Shown here piece by piece: positions 9,418-18,957 of a stretch of 51,349 bases of DNA (positions are counted from its first letter, which is position 1; every line of letters begins with the position of its first letter). Made by a program: the position numbers and the translations under genes. Source of the DNA: Bdellovibrionales bacterium (GTDB lineage: Bacteria; Bdellovibrionota; Bacteriovoracia; Bacteriovoracales; Bacteriovoracaceae); assembly GCA_023250815.1 (NCBI GenBank), contig JAHEZZ010000001.1:1-51349 (forward strand), read 5' to 3'. Under the pieces are notes generated by a model that was given only the letters and a program-made list of their open reading frames with translations, searched no databases and was not told the origin of the DNA.

Positions 9418-10563
9418 CTAAATTGTTTGTGCAGTTTTAAGTAAATTTTTGGCGATAATCATAATCATTACTTCGTTAGTTCCCGCTCCTATTTCCATTA
9501 ATTTGCTATCTCGAAGATATCTCTCAACGGGAAATTCTCGAGAGTAGCCATAGCCTCCATGAAGTTGGATAGCATCCAAGGCAATTTTTGTTGCTATTTT
9601 TGGTATGGCCAGTTTGACTTGAGCGGCAACAGTTGGCCCTTTGTTTCCCTTGTCATATTCTTTAGCAACGGAATAGAGAAAACATCTCATCATTTCGTAT
9701 TCTGCGCTCATCTCTGCGATTATCTTTTGAATCAGTTGATAATTGCCGATAGTTTTTCCAAATTGTTTTCTTTCGTTGGCGTATTTCACACATTGTTCGA
9801 CACAAGCACGTGCTAGCCCTAGTGAAATTCCAGAAATGGTGATTCGTTCGAGTTCTAAATTTTTCATCATATGATAAATTGAGTCGCCCTCTTTTCCCAC
9901 ACGGTGAGAAATTTCTACTTCGCTGTTATCAAAAATAAGTTCCCCAGTAGGTGAAGCGCGCATTCCCATTTTGTGAATGGCCTTCCCTGCTGCAAATTGT
10001 TTTTTGTTTTTTTCCAAAATAAATGTAGTAAGATTTTTTTTCTCCGGGCCGGTTCGAGTGTATACATAAGCAATATCGGCATAGGTGGCATTAGTGATCC
10101 ACATTTTAGTTCCGGTTATGCGATATTTATCTCCAACACTGACTGCTTTAGTTTGGATGCCCACAGCATCGGAGCCATATTCAGGTTCGCTCATTCCCAT
10201 GCAACCTACCCATTCACCAGAAATAAGCTTTGGGAGATATTTTTCTTTTTGTTCTTTTGAAGCGTTGTTCTGAATATTATTTACGCAGAGAATCGTATGG
10301 GCGAGATAACTTAAGGTGGATGAGGCGCAGGCCCTTCCAAATTCTTCCATCGAAATAGTGGCGGCAGTTGCACCAAGTCCGGCTCCACCATAATCGGCGC
10401 TTGCGGTAATTCCCAGCACACCAATTTCTCCCATTTTTTTAAAAGCGGCGAGATTAAAACTTTCTTTTTCATCGTGGTATTGTGCTTTTGGGGCCAACTC
10501 TTTAGCTGCAAAATCTCGACAAACTTTTTGTAATTCCTTCTCTTCAGATGAAAAAAACCACAT
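9418..10563 (-). CDS. Acyl-CoA dehydrogenase (isovaleryl/short-branched-chain-like)
   Basis: GMSEPEYGSDA, WITNA and FPVERYLRDSKLMEIGAGTNEV. Confidence 0.9.
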   Translation of the reverse strand: MWFFSSEEKELQKVCRDFAAKELAPKAQYHDEKESFNLAAFKKMGEIGVLGITASADYGGAGLGATAATISMEEFGRACASSTLSYLAHTILCVNNIQNNASKEQKEKYLPKLISGEWVGCMGMSEPEYGSDAVGIQTKAVSVGDKYRITGTKMWITNATYADIAYVYTRTGPEKKNLTTFILEKNKKQFAAGKAIHKMGMRASPTGELIFDNSEVEISHRVGKEGDSIYHMMKNLELERITISGISLGLARACVEQCVKYANERKQFGKTIGNYQLIQKIIAEMSAEYEMMRCFLYSVAKEYDKGNKGPTVAAQVKLAIPKIATKIALDAIQLHGGYGYSREFPVERYLRDSKLMEIGAGTNEVMIMIIAKNLLKTAQTI

Positions 10564-10627
10564 AAAAAAATTCCTCTTATATTAAAGAGTACATTCTATT
10601 CTCTTTGCTGAAGAAGATAAAGAATGC

Positions 10628-10657
10628 TTTACATCATTTTTATCGACGAGCTAAAAT
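10628..10657 (+). promoter_or_regulatory. Candidate sigma70-type promoter for the 591-aa gene (TTTACA-18 nt-TAAAAT)
   Basis: Hexamers read directly at 10628-10633 and 10652-10657, about 25 nt upstream of the start codon. Confidence 0.3.
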
Positions 10658-10682
10658 TTAGAAGGGAACAATCGAGGTATAC

Positions 10683-12458
10683 TTGTCAGTAATAGAAGCA
10701 ATGCAAAATAGCGACCCCGCCTGCCCTGGAGAAAATTGGTTTCTTTACTGGCGAACTTCGTCTTCTTTGTGGAGAAGTAAAATTGAAAAGATGAGAGGTG
10801 GTAAAAATATAATTGTTCCTATTAATTGGTCTTTTCACAGCGAAACAGGAGATCGTGTTGATTTCGGCAACGATCGTCCAGAGAGCAATTTGGCTCGACT
10901 AGTAGAAATGGCAGGGGAGTGCAACCGAACGGTACATTTTTATTTGCCCGTGACTCCTGCACCTTTTTTACAAAATGGCGGTCTTCCTCATTTGCTTGCT
11001 AGACAAGTGGCGCAAGGCCCAGATCAGCTTGCATTTGCCATGGTAGACTCTCTCGGGCAGTTGCTTAAAATTCATTCTTTTTTTGATCCCCGAGTTTTTC
11101 AAAGTTTTACAAAATTTATCGGGCAACTGGCGCATTATTTTACTCATAGTGGAGTGAACGCAAAATTATGGGGACTAGAGTGTGGTTATATTGAGAATGG
11201 TGGGTACCAATCATTTTTATTCGACCGCTCAAAAACTTACGGCCAGGCATTTACCCGCTACATGGGATTGGCAAAAGAAGAAGCTCCTGAACTAGAAAAA
11301 AATCTTAATTCATTGAGCTTTGAAAAGAAAATGAACATGAGATTTTTTTGGACAATTAGAGACCTCTATATAGATGCACTCAAAAAAGAATTATCAACTC
11401 ATTTTGAAGGGATATTAAAATATTCATTTATGGGCGCTTCTCCAATTGATTTTCTAGATCGCGCTTGTGGCAATAACAATTTTTCAAAATATTCCGAGGA
11501 TATGCTGGAGTCACTTTGCCGCGATGTGATTCCTTCATCTATTTTGATTCCCCAAAGTGGCAAAAAGACTATTTATTCCCGACAAGTGGATGAACTGGTA
11601 AGTTACTCTCTTGTCTCTTCAAAAATTGAGGATAGTTATTACGAGGAGGATCGCCAAAGCTATTTTTTTGGGTTGGTTTTTTTTCATCTTTTTTTACCCG
11701 ATCAAAAAGTACCCCAACAGTCTCATATGGTTGATTGGGAAAATCCCTTGCGAATAGAGGAACGTTGGATGGTGCAAGGCCTTAGATCTTTTTTAAAAAA
11801 TAACTTTCCCTATACCTATAGCTTAATTCCTATCGAAAAATTTCGTTTTGATGAAACTGTCTCCTTGTCCAGTAAAGTTTCTGTTATTGATGGAGAGTTG
11901 GTGGATCAGAAAGTATTTAATAATGTTTTAAAAACATTTATGAGTGGTGGCCAAATTTTGATGGATCGAAGTAATTTATCTCCTTTTTTCTTGTTAAAGT
12001 TGGAAACATTTTTTTTAGAAAATTCTTTGGCGGTGGAGAAAATATTTTTTCATACTAATGTTCATAGTGCCCTTTTGGGTGATGGTAAACTTGTGTTGTA
12101 TGAGGGGGGCCTTCTTAATACAAAATCGGAAAGCGAAAAAAATGAATTTTGGGAAAAGATGTCGAAATTTTTTAATTTAGTACATATTAAAAATATTAAA
12201 AATGATGAAGTCACATCCTATTGGAGAACAAGATCATCCTCTCCCAGCGAGCTTAACTATGAAGAAATCAGAAGGCTATCGCTTTACAATGGAACAAGTT
12301 ACAAGAAAAAAATTAAGCTTCCTTTAGAGCGGAATTTTGTACTTCTAAAAATTTTGGATGAACAAAATGCAGTAGTTCAATCGTACCCCCATCAAATTGA
12401 AGTGCAGCTTCTTCCCGAAGGGGCAGTGAGTTTGGATTTTGGGGTTTTTAGTGTGTAA
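10683..12458 (+). CDS. Hypothetical cytoplasmic protein; the N-terminal third faintly resembles a glycoside-hydrolase-like TIM-barrel pattern
   Basis: Long ORF with a TTG start preceded by GAGG at 5-nt spacing (alternative ATG at 10701). No signal peptide. I recognised no firm motif. Confidence 0.6.
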   Translation: MSVIEAMQNSDPACPGENWFLYWRTSSSLWRSKIEKMRGGKNIIVPINWSFHSETGDRVDFGNDRPESNLARLVEMAGECNRTVHFYLPVTPAPFLQNGGLPHLLARQVAQGPDQLAFAMVDSLGQLLKIHSFFDPRVFQSFTKFIGQLAHYFTHSGVNAKLWGLECGYIENGGYQSFLFDRSKTYGQAFTRYMGLAKEEAPELEKNLNSLSFEKKMNMRFFWTIRDLYIDALKKELSTHFEGILKYSFMGASPIDFLDRACGNNNFSKYSEDMLESLCRDVIPSSILIPQSGKKTIYSRQVDELVSYSLVSSKIEDSYYEEDRQSYFFGLVFFHLFLPDQKVPQQSHMVDWENPLRIEERWMVQGLRSFLKNNFPYTYSLIPIEKFRFDETVSLSSKVSVIDGELVDQKVFNNVLKTFMSGGQILMDRSNLSPFFLLKLETFFLENSLAVEKIFFHTNVHSALLGDGKLVLYEGGLLNTKSESEKNEFWEKMSKFFNLVHIKNIKNDEVTSYWRTRSSSPSELNYEEIRRLSLYNGTSYKKKIKLPLERNFVLLKILDEQNAVVQSYPHQIEVQLLPEGAVSLDFGVFSV

Positions 12459-12475
12459 GGTATAAAATATAATGG

Positions 12476-13000
12476 GTGGGCAGTTTGAATAATTTTTTAG
12501 TTAGTATTTATCATTTTTCTGGCCCGATTATTTCAACGGCCCCCGCTTTGCCAAGTCTTCCCCCTTCTAACGATTTAGAAAATTCTGCTGATTTTTTTTC
12601 CAAAAGAGATGAACCCTATTTGGAAAACCTTGTGGAAAGCGGTGGGCATTGGATTGTGGCAATTTTAGGAAGCAAGGGCCATTTGGATTTTGAACAGGCC
12701 AGGGAAATCTATGGTGAATTATTTCCCAATCGATCAGCAAAGGAAAAACATCTAGGCGCCTTTGATTCTTTAGATGAAATTGAAATATTTATGGCCCTTT
12801 TATGTGATAAATTACAAATGGAAAGGGCGGCATTATGCTCTGTTGTCGAATACAACGCTATTATTGAAAATCTCACAACCCTGGAAATAAATGATCCAAG
12901 TAGGCCTAATCTTGCGCAAATTTTATTTTCTAAGACGAGAGAAATAAAATTGCCTGAAAATTCTAAGCGCAAAGGTATTTTTGGAAAATTATTTCATTAA
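12476..13000 (+). CDS. Hypothetical protein with a C-terminal basic amphipathic tail (KRKGIFGKLFH)
   Basis: GTG-start ORF 17 nt after the 591-aa gene on the same strand. No recognisable domain. Confidence 0.5.
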   Translation: MGSLNNFLVSIYHFSGPIISTAPALPSLPPSNDLENSADFFSKRDEPYLENLVESGGHWIVAILGSKGHLDFEQAREIYGELFPNRSAKEKHLGAFDSLDEIEIFMALLCDKLQMERAALCSVVEYNAIIENLTTLEINDPSRPNLAQILFSKTREIKLPENSKRKGIFGKLFH

Positions 13001-13041
13001 TTGTTGAATTTCGTCGCTTTAATCGGTAGATAAGAACCCTC

Positions 13042-14142
13042 ATGCAAAAAAAATCGCTTTACTCCTATTCACTTCTCGATTTGCGTCAGTTTTTAGAAGA
13101 AAATGACAAGTCGAAATTTGTCGCAGATCAAATTTATAATTGGATTTATCGTTTTTATAAATTTGACCCAAAAGATTGGTTAAATGTTTCTCAAAAGATT
13201 AAAGATTTTATTACTCAGGAATGTGATCTGTCTTTGCCAAAGATTATTTGGAATGGAAAATCAACTGATGGAACTCGCAAATTTTTGCTACAAATGGATG
13301 ATAAAACGACGGTGGAAAGTGTCGTTATACCGGCCAAAAACCGCTTAACACTATGTCTTTCCTCTCAGGTTGGTTGTGCTATTGGTTGTACTTTTTGCCA
13401 TACCGGGACCATGGGATTGACTCGTCATCTCGGCGCTCATGAAGTAGTAGGCCAGTTTTTAAGTGTTGCCAATTGGATGATTCAAGAAGTGTCACCAGAT
13501 TTAAAAATCACCAATATGGTTTATATGGGCCAGGGTGAACCTCTTCATAATTTTGAAAATATGAAAAAGGCCACGCAAGTTTTTATGGAGGATAAAGGCC
13601 TTGCCTTTGGACAGAGACGGATTACTCTTTCAACTTCGGGCCTGGTGCCGCAGATTGAAAAGTTAAATGATTTCCCGCCAGTTAATATCGCCATTTCATT
13701 GCATGCCGCCCATGATGATATTCGCACCGAATTGATGCCCATTAATAAAGTTTACGATTTAAAAAGATTATTTGAGGCGATAAAAAAAATACCTCTGAAA
13801 GCTCATCGAAGAATTACTTATGAATATCTTTTGATAAAAGATGTAAATGACAGAGCTCAAGATATTGAAGCTCTTTGCACTCTAATTAATTCTCGGGAAT
13901 CTAAAATTAATCTCATTCCCTTTAATGAATACCCAGATTCTAAATTTAGACGGCCAAGCGATAAAGTCATTACTTGGTTTCAAGATCAATTATATTTAAA
14001 AGGGTATGTTTGCACTGTTAGGGCCACTAAAGGGCAAGATATTTTAGCAGCATGTGGGCAACTAAAAAGCGAATATCAAAAACTCAATTTATGGGATCAA
14101 AAAAAGGTTATTGAAAGCGAATCTTTTATTGGCGCCTTTTAA
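13042..14142 (+). CDS. rlmN: 23S rRNA/tRNA adenine-C2 methyltransferase RlmN (radical SAM)
   Basis: CAIGCTFC radical-SAM cluster motif, GQGEPL and the C-terminal ACGQL cysteine. Confidence 0.93.
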   Translation: MQKKSLYSYSLLDLRQFLEENDKSKFVADQIYNWIYRFYKFDPKDWLNVSQKIKDFITQECDLSLPKIIWNGKSTDGTRKFLLQMDDKTTVESVVIPAKNRLTLCLSSQVGCAIGCTFCHTGTMGLTRHLGAHEVVGQFLSVANWMIQEVSPDLKITNMVYMGQGEPLHNFENMKKATQVFMEDKGLAFGQRRITLSTSGLVPQIEKLNDFPPVNIAISLHAAHDDIRTELMPINKVYDLKRLFEAIKKIPLKAHRRITYEYLLIKDVNDRAQDIEALCTLINSRESKINLIPFNEYPDSKFRRPSDKVITWFQDQLYLKGYVCTVRATKGQDILAACGQLKSEYQKLNLWDQKKVIESESFIGAF

Positions 14143-14147
14143 TCACT

Positions 14148-14456
14148 CTATTCTTTCCAAGGCATTTTTTGAGGGGCGGGGTAAAGAGTATTCTTCTTTT
14201 GAAAATGAGATTTGGAATTAGACGAGGGGTCCCGGGTGGTATTTTTATCTGAGGCAAGCTCTCTTTCTTGTTTTTCTTGGTGCTCAAATTGGCCAAAGTT
14301 TTTAGTGTCTTCCACTGTTTCTTTTACAATCTTTTTTACTACTGGCCTATCTTCTTTCATTTTTAGAACTGGAGGAGCATAGGTTTCCGCCGACTGTACT
14401 GGAAATAGAATTGTCAGCAATCCAAAAATCAAGATGGTCATCCGGGCCTTTTTCAT
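14148..14456 (-). CDS. Small secreted protein (K/E/Q-rich)
   Basis: Signal peptide MKKARMTILIFGLLTILFPVQSA. A strong SD AGGAGGG lies just upstream of the ATG at 14456; the ORF track start at 14477 lacks an SD. Confidence 0.55.
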   Translation of the reverse strand: MKKARMTILIFGLLTILFPVQSAETYAPPVLKMKEDRPVVKKIVKETVEDTKNFGQFEHQEKQERELASDKNTTRDPSSNSKSHFQKKNTLYPAPQKMPWKE

Positions 14457-14566
14457 AATCCCTCCTTTCACTGCCACCTATCGGAAATTCCCACGAATTG
14501 TTTTAATACTGCGTTTTTTTAAAGCGAAAAGCTCAGGTATGATGAGTATATGTATGCTTTTAGAGA

Positions 14567-16747
14567 TTAAAGACTTATTTCAATATTTTGAGATTCAGGT
14601 GCTATTTTAACAAAGGTATTTGTGTCGGGCCCATAAGTTTGCATAATCATGGCATTGCCCTTAACTGAATTACTACGAAGTTTGGGTGAGGTGATTGGTA
14701 CAAAGCAATTTCCCTTTGCTGATTTTAAAATAATTTTTTGCATTTCTCCATCATACATTTTGATAACGGCATTCACTCCACATTTTTCATAGGACATTTT
14801 ATTTAAATAGAAGTCTTTCAAATCATCCATTTTTAAATTGAGAATTGGCAGAGTATTGTATTTTCTTATTTCTTCCACCACCCTCTCCATCCATAAAGAA
14901 AGAAGACTGTATTTTTTGTTGCGATAGTTAAAAACTCCCATGTTGGCCTGATGAAACATATAGGGAGAAGCATCGTATTTTAATAAATTGTTTGCAACCC
15001 GTTCTGATTCTCGATTGTAAATATCTTCTAAGTTAGATTGTTTTTTTAAATCATTGAAGTAGCGAAAGTTATATTCTGAAAGTAGCTCAGTAGGACTGCT
15101 TGCATTGTAATAAATTTCTGTTGCATTTCTTGGCACAATTAAAATTCCAGGAAAGCCATTTAATTCTTTGGTACTATATTTGGCAGTAAAGGGATGGGGA
15201 GGGCGAAGCTCTGGTCTGGTATTGTCACCTGTCACATATTTGATTCCATTGTTCCATAATGCTTTTAGCGAGTCTTCTCTTAGCAATCCAGAAATTCGTG
15301 GAGTAACCATTGAAGAACTTGAGTAGAAATTATTAAAACCGGGGATCGTAAAAAAATTCTTTACTGTAAAATCAACGTTCTTTTTTAGTTCTTCATCTGT
15401 TTCTTGGTAGGTGGTAAAATTAAGATCTGCGTGAGTATAAGTATGACTTAACCAAAAATATTGATTGTAAAAACTTTGGGCATAAGTGAGCAGTGGATCG
15501 TTGCCGGTTGCCGGTTTCGAGAGGATGGTGCCAAATCCATTAAAGGCAAGTTCAACTCTAAAAGCTGCATTACTCGATAAGGGACGAAAATTAAAATGTT
15601 GCCATCTGGTAAATTCTTTAAAGTCCTCTACAGATAGTCGAAAAATTTTGCCACCTTCTTTTTGAACTGATTGGGTTGAATCCCAAAGATCACTTGATAA
15701 AAAGAAATCATCGATTTGCACGTTGAGATAAACTCTTCGATTTCCCAGATATGTTCCACGGGTCATCCAATTCAGCCAGGTTTGCGCTAATGCGACACTT
15801 GCTTTGACCCACTGGCCTTGGGTAAAGAAAAAATGCATTTGTTCTCTTCCGTCATCAAGCTTTTTAGTAATCGCTGCGACTGTTTTTTCTTCGTTATTAT
15901 AAGTTAAAATTTCTTTGGCATTGTCCGATTTAATAATTTTTGCCTGGTAGTGCCAGTCATTTTTAAGAGGGATATTGCTATTTACAATAAGACTTTTATC
16001 TAACTCGAATGCTGATTGAGAGACCGTAATGTCTGGAGCATTGGCATTATTCCCATCAACTAATTCTACGCCGATTGCAGATGAAGGATAACTGTAGAGG
16101 GACACCCTTCTTACATTGTAGGTTCTTTCGTAATTAACCAATGCTTCCCACTGTTCTGTACTTAGCGCTGATTTATAAATTCCATTTTCACTAAATCCCA
16201 ATTCGGATGTACTAAGAACCACTCCGTAATATTTGGGATTGCCATCTTGGTCAACAAGAGTGGGTAGATCAGATCGAAGAATTCCTTCCGCCCTTCTTAC
16301 CACAAAGTGATCATAGGGAATGCCCCGTCCTTGAAAAACAATTTTCGCTAAATCAACTGCAGGTTCTTGGGCAGCGTCTGGATAAACTGAAATAAATAAA
16401 ATTTTCATGCCAATTTCAAAACTGCGTTTTTTAGAAGAGGCCTCTTTATTTAAGAGTTGCTCTATCGGCCCATCAATCAAAAACTTTTGCCAAAGATCGT
16501 CCTTCGGCCCCTCATTCATCGATATTGCTTTGTCGTGCAAACCATCAAATTGATCTTCAATATTTAAGGCCCTTAATGTTTGAATTGTTTTTACAGCTTT
16601 GGGAATTCCCAATCTCGGAATGTATTCATGAAAGCAAGTGCCGCTATTTTCGATATTATGATCAATATCTTCTTCTGATCCCAGAGCAAAAATATTGCAG
16701 GAGAAAAGAAAAAAAATTGTTGCACATAATGTTTTTATTTGGGCCAT
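14567..16747 (-). CDS. Secreted protein, candidate metal-dependent polysaccharide deacetylase (Agd3/CE18- or CE4-like)
   Basis: Signal peptide. It has a DD pair (QIDDFF, res 346-347) and an HxxxH motif (SHTYTHADL, res 435-439) in the order expected for the Asp/His-His metal triad of carbohydrate esterases. This is a motif-level call only. Confidence 0.4.
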   Translation of the reverse strand: MAQIKTLCATIFFLFSCNIFALGSEEDIDHNIENSGTCFHEYIPRLGIPKAVKTIQTLRALNIEDQFDGLHDKAISMNEGPKDDLWQKFLIDGPIEQLLNKEASSKKRSFEIGMKILFISVYPDAAQEPAVDLAKIVFQGRGIPYDHFVVRRAEGILRSDLPTLVDQDGNPKYYGVVLSTSELGFSENGIYKSALSTEQWEALVNYERTYNVRRVSLYSYPSSAIGVELVDGNNANAPDITVSQSAFELDKSLIVNSNIPLKNDWHYQAKIIKSDNAKEILTYNNEEKTVAAITKKLDDGREQMHFFFTQGQWVKASVALAQTWLNWMTRGTYLGNRRVYLNVQIDDFFLSSDLWDSTQSVQKEGGKIFRLSVEDFKEFTRWQHFNFRPLSSNAAFRVELAFNGFGTILSKPATGNDPLLTYAQSFYNQYFWLSHTYTHADLNFTTYQETDEELKKNVDFTVKNFFTIPGFNNFYSSSSMVTPRISGLLREDSLKALWNNGIKYVTGDNTRPELRPPHPFTAKYSTKELNGFPGILIVPRNATEIYYNASSPTELLSEYNFRYFNDLKKQSNLEDIYNRESERVANNLLKYDASPYMFHQANMGVFNYRNKKYSLLSLWMERVVEEIRKYNTLPILNLKMDDLKDFYLNKMSYEKCGVNAVIKMYDGEMQKIILKSAKGNCFVPITSPKLRSNSVKGNAMIMQTYGPDTNTFVKIAPESQNIEISL

Positions 16748-16752
16748 ATCAT

Positions 16753-17820
16753 TTATTCCAAAACTTTTCTGTTAATTAAATGACATTTTTGTTTCACCCA
16801 AGTTCGTTCCACTACTTTTTTAAGTTCGCCGTTTTCGTACATCTCAAAGAAATTATTTAATGAAGTTGTTAGGTTCATTTTTTCCCTACGGTTTAACCAG
16901 CTATCGCTAGCAGAAGAAATAATTTGCAAAAAGGGTTGCTGAAGAGTCTTAAAAGAAGGCCAAATCGCTTCAACTTCATTCCACTGATAACAAAAATTGG
17001 AGTTTTCTTGGAAGGGGGCGTGTCCGATATTTGCGGATCGAACAAATTCTGTACTGTCAAAATCATAGGCGACAGGATAGAGCTTACCATTATTGCCTTT
17101 CACGATTTCAATATTTCTCATATCATTGGCAAAAATTCCGTAATCAGAGTTGTAAATCATATATTGGAAGAGTTGAAGTTTTAAATAAAGTTGGCGATCA
17201 ACACTTCTCCAATCCATTCCTGTTTTTTCTGGAACTTCAACTTTTGTAAGGCCATTTCTTTTTGCCATTTGAGCAGTATTTTCGAGTAGAAATCCTGGTT
17301 GACTTGAAATGATTTTTCCCTTTTCTGCATTATTTCGATAGGTGGTCCATGTGGCCCGAACCTTTAGACTAATAGGAGTCATCTTTTCGTACATCTTATA
17401 GATAAAGTATTCTCGAAGTACCCAACGTGATTTGTTTTTGTCATCACAACGGGTGACATGTTTTAGCGCTTTTGAACCTTCAAAAATTGTTCCACGCTTA
17501 TTATCTTCGTCTTTTTTAAAATCAATTTTAAGGGGAGGGAATTGACAGCTATTGAGTCTTTCCCAGCCTCTTGCTCTCATATTTACTACAATATTTTTTT
17601 GGACACCGTTAATATGATGTGAAATATGGGCCTCTTGATAAGTCCGTAATTCGGGAAATTCAAATTTGCGGTCGGCAAATATTTTTGTGAAATTTGAGGT
17701 AATATCGAGATTAAGAAGACTGTGATCTCTAAATAATATTGTTGCTTCAGAGGCCTTGAGGTTGGTCAGGGGGGCGATAGAAAAAACAATTAATAATGAA
17801 TAAGTAATTGGAAATCGCAT
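16753..17820 (-). CDS. Secreted CotH-like (atypical kinase fold) protein
   Basis: Signal peptide MRFPITYSLLIVFSIAPL. CotH-like stretches seen: RARGWERLNSCQFPPLKIDFKK, FLLENTAQMAKRNGL and NSDYG...PVAYDFDSTEF. GAGGA lies upstream of the ATG at 17820 (track start 17832). Only a 5-nt gap separates it from the next gene. Confidence 0.4.
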   Translation of the reverse strand: MRFPITYSLLIVFSIAPLTNLKASEATILFRDHSLLNLDITSNFTKIFADRKFEFPELRTYQEAHISHHINGVQKNIVVNMRARGWERLNSCQFPPLKIDFKKDEDNKRGTIFEGSKALKHVTRCDDKNKSRWVLREYFIYKMYEKMTPISLKVRATWTTYRNNAEKGKIISSQPGFLLENTAQMAKRNGLTKVEVPEKTGMDWRSVDRQLYLKLQLFQYMIYNSDYGIFANDMRNIEIVKGNNGKLYPVAYDFDSTEFVRSANIGHAPFQENSNFCYQWNEVEAIWPSFKTLQQPFLQIISSASDSWLNRREKMNLTTSLNNFFEMYENGELKKVVERTWVKQKCHLINRKVLE

Positions 17821-17915
17821 AATTCCTCGCATTGTGTCATTTTTGGCTATTATCTCTATTTTGGCGGGGAAAACTACAGACCTTGTAATTTTTTCATGTC
17901 AATATTTAAGTAAAA

Positions 17916-18464
17916 TCAAGTATTTATTGTGTTTTCGCTTTTAGGTTCAACTTGTCTTACATACTCAAAGCAAGTAATTCCTGCTGCCACCGCCACATTG
18001 AGACTTTCAGTGACGCCTAGACGGGGGATAATGAGAGGAGTGATTTCTGGATAATCTTTATTCTTAAATGAGACACCAAATTCTTCGTTGCCTAAAATAA
18101 AGGCACTTTTTTTGGGAAAGTTTATTTGCCCTAATTTGCGGGTGGCAGAAAGTTCAAAGGAGTACAAATGATACTCTTCATCTTTTAAATTCTGTAGGCA
18201 CTCATTAAAGTTAGCAAAATGTTTGATCGGGATTTTTCTCACAGCACCTTTTGCAGGTAGAGGATCGAAAAATGGAATGTTGATTAAGTATACTGCTTTA
18301 AGAGAAAAAAATTCTGCTGTTCGCAAGATTTTTCCTACGTTAAAATCGGGTTTTAAATGATCTAAAACTAAAATAAGGGGCAGTAATCCGGGAGTTGCAA
18401 AATATTTGTTGAGTAGATTTTCTCGATCAAATTTTTTTTGTATGTATTGTCTTTTGATTTTCAT
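17916..18464 (-). CDS. SpoU/TrmH-family RNA 2'-O-methyltransferase
   Basis: SPOUT motifs ILGNEEFGVS and IPRLGVTESLNVAVAAGI. I placed the start at the internal ATG 18464, because the track start 18569 would overlap the divergent EVE gene by 74 nt. Confidence 0.8.
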   Translation of the reverse strand: MKIKRQYIQKKFDRENLLNKYFATPGLLPLILVLDHLKPDFNVGKILRTAEFFSLKAVYLINIPFFDPLPAKGAVRKIPIKHFANFNECLQNLKDEEYHLYSFELSATRKLGQINFPKKSAFILGNEEFGVSFKNKDYPEITPLIIPRLGVTESLNVAVAAGITCFEYVRQVEPKSENTINT

Positions 18465-18495
18465 CGAAGCAGTATCCTCCCAAAAGGAGTTATCT

Positions 18496-18957
18496 ATGGC
18501 CAGAAAATATTGGTTAATCAAAACGGAACCGAGTGTTTTTTCAATTGATGATTTTAAGAAATTGCCCAATGAAATTACCGCCTGGGAAGGAGTTCGAAAT
18601 TACCAGGCCCGCAATTTTATGCGAGAAATGAAAAAAGGTGATTTGCTTTTAATTTATCATTCAAATGCTGATAATACGGGTATCGCCGGAATAGGTGAAC
18701 TTGTTAAAGAGGCCTATCCCGATCATTTTTCTTGGGACAAAAAATCGCAATATTTTGATCCGGGATCAACGATCGAAAAACCTCGCTGGGATATGGTCGA
18801 CATTAAATTTGTAAAGAAACTAAAAAGAGTTATAGAGCTTTCTCATTTAAAAGAGATTGTTTCCCTTAAAGATATGCTTATTTTAAGAAAAGGAAACCGT
18901 TTGTCGGTAACGCCTGTATCTGAAGTTGAATTTGATATTATTTCAAAGTTGGCCTAA
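18496..18957 (+). CDS. EVE (PUA-like) domain protein
   Basis: Canonical N-terminus MARKYWLIKTEPSVFSIDDF and WEGVRNYQARNFMREMKKGDLLLIYHS. An SD AAGGAG lies 6 nt upstream of the ATG at 18496. Confidence 0.8.
   Translation: MARKYWLIKTEPSVFSIDDFKKLPNEITAWEGVRNYQARNFMREMKKGDLLLIYHSNADNTGIAGIGELVKEAYPDHFSWDKKSQYFDPGSTIEKPRWDMVDIKFVKKLKRVIELSHLKEIVSLKDMLILRKGNRLSVTPVSEVEFDIISKLA

Noticed and set aside
18406-18569. ORF-track starts that make the SpoU methyltransferase and EVE genes overlap head-to-head by more than 160 nt.
   Set aside because: The internal ATGs at 18464 (minus) and 18496 (plus) give canonical N-termini and have SD sequences. The extensions are hydrophobic junk with no SD.
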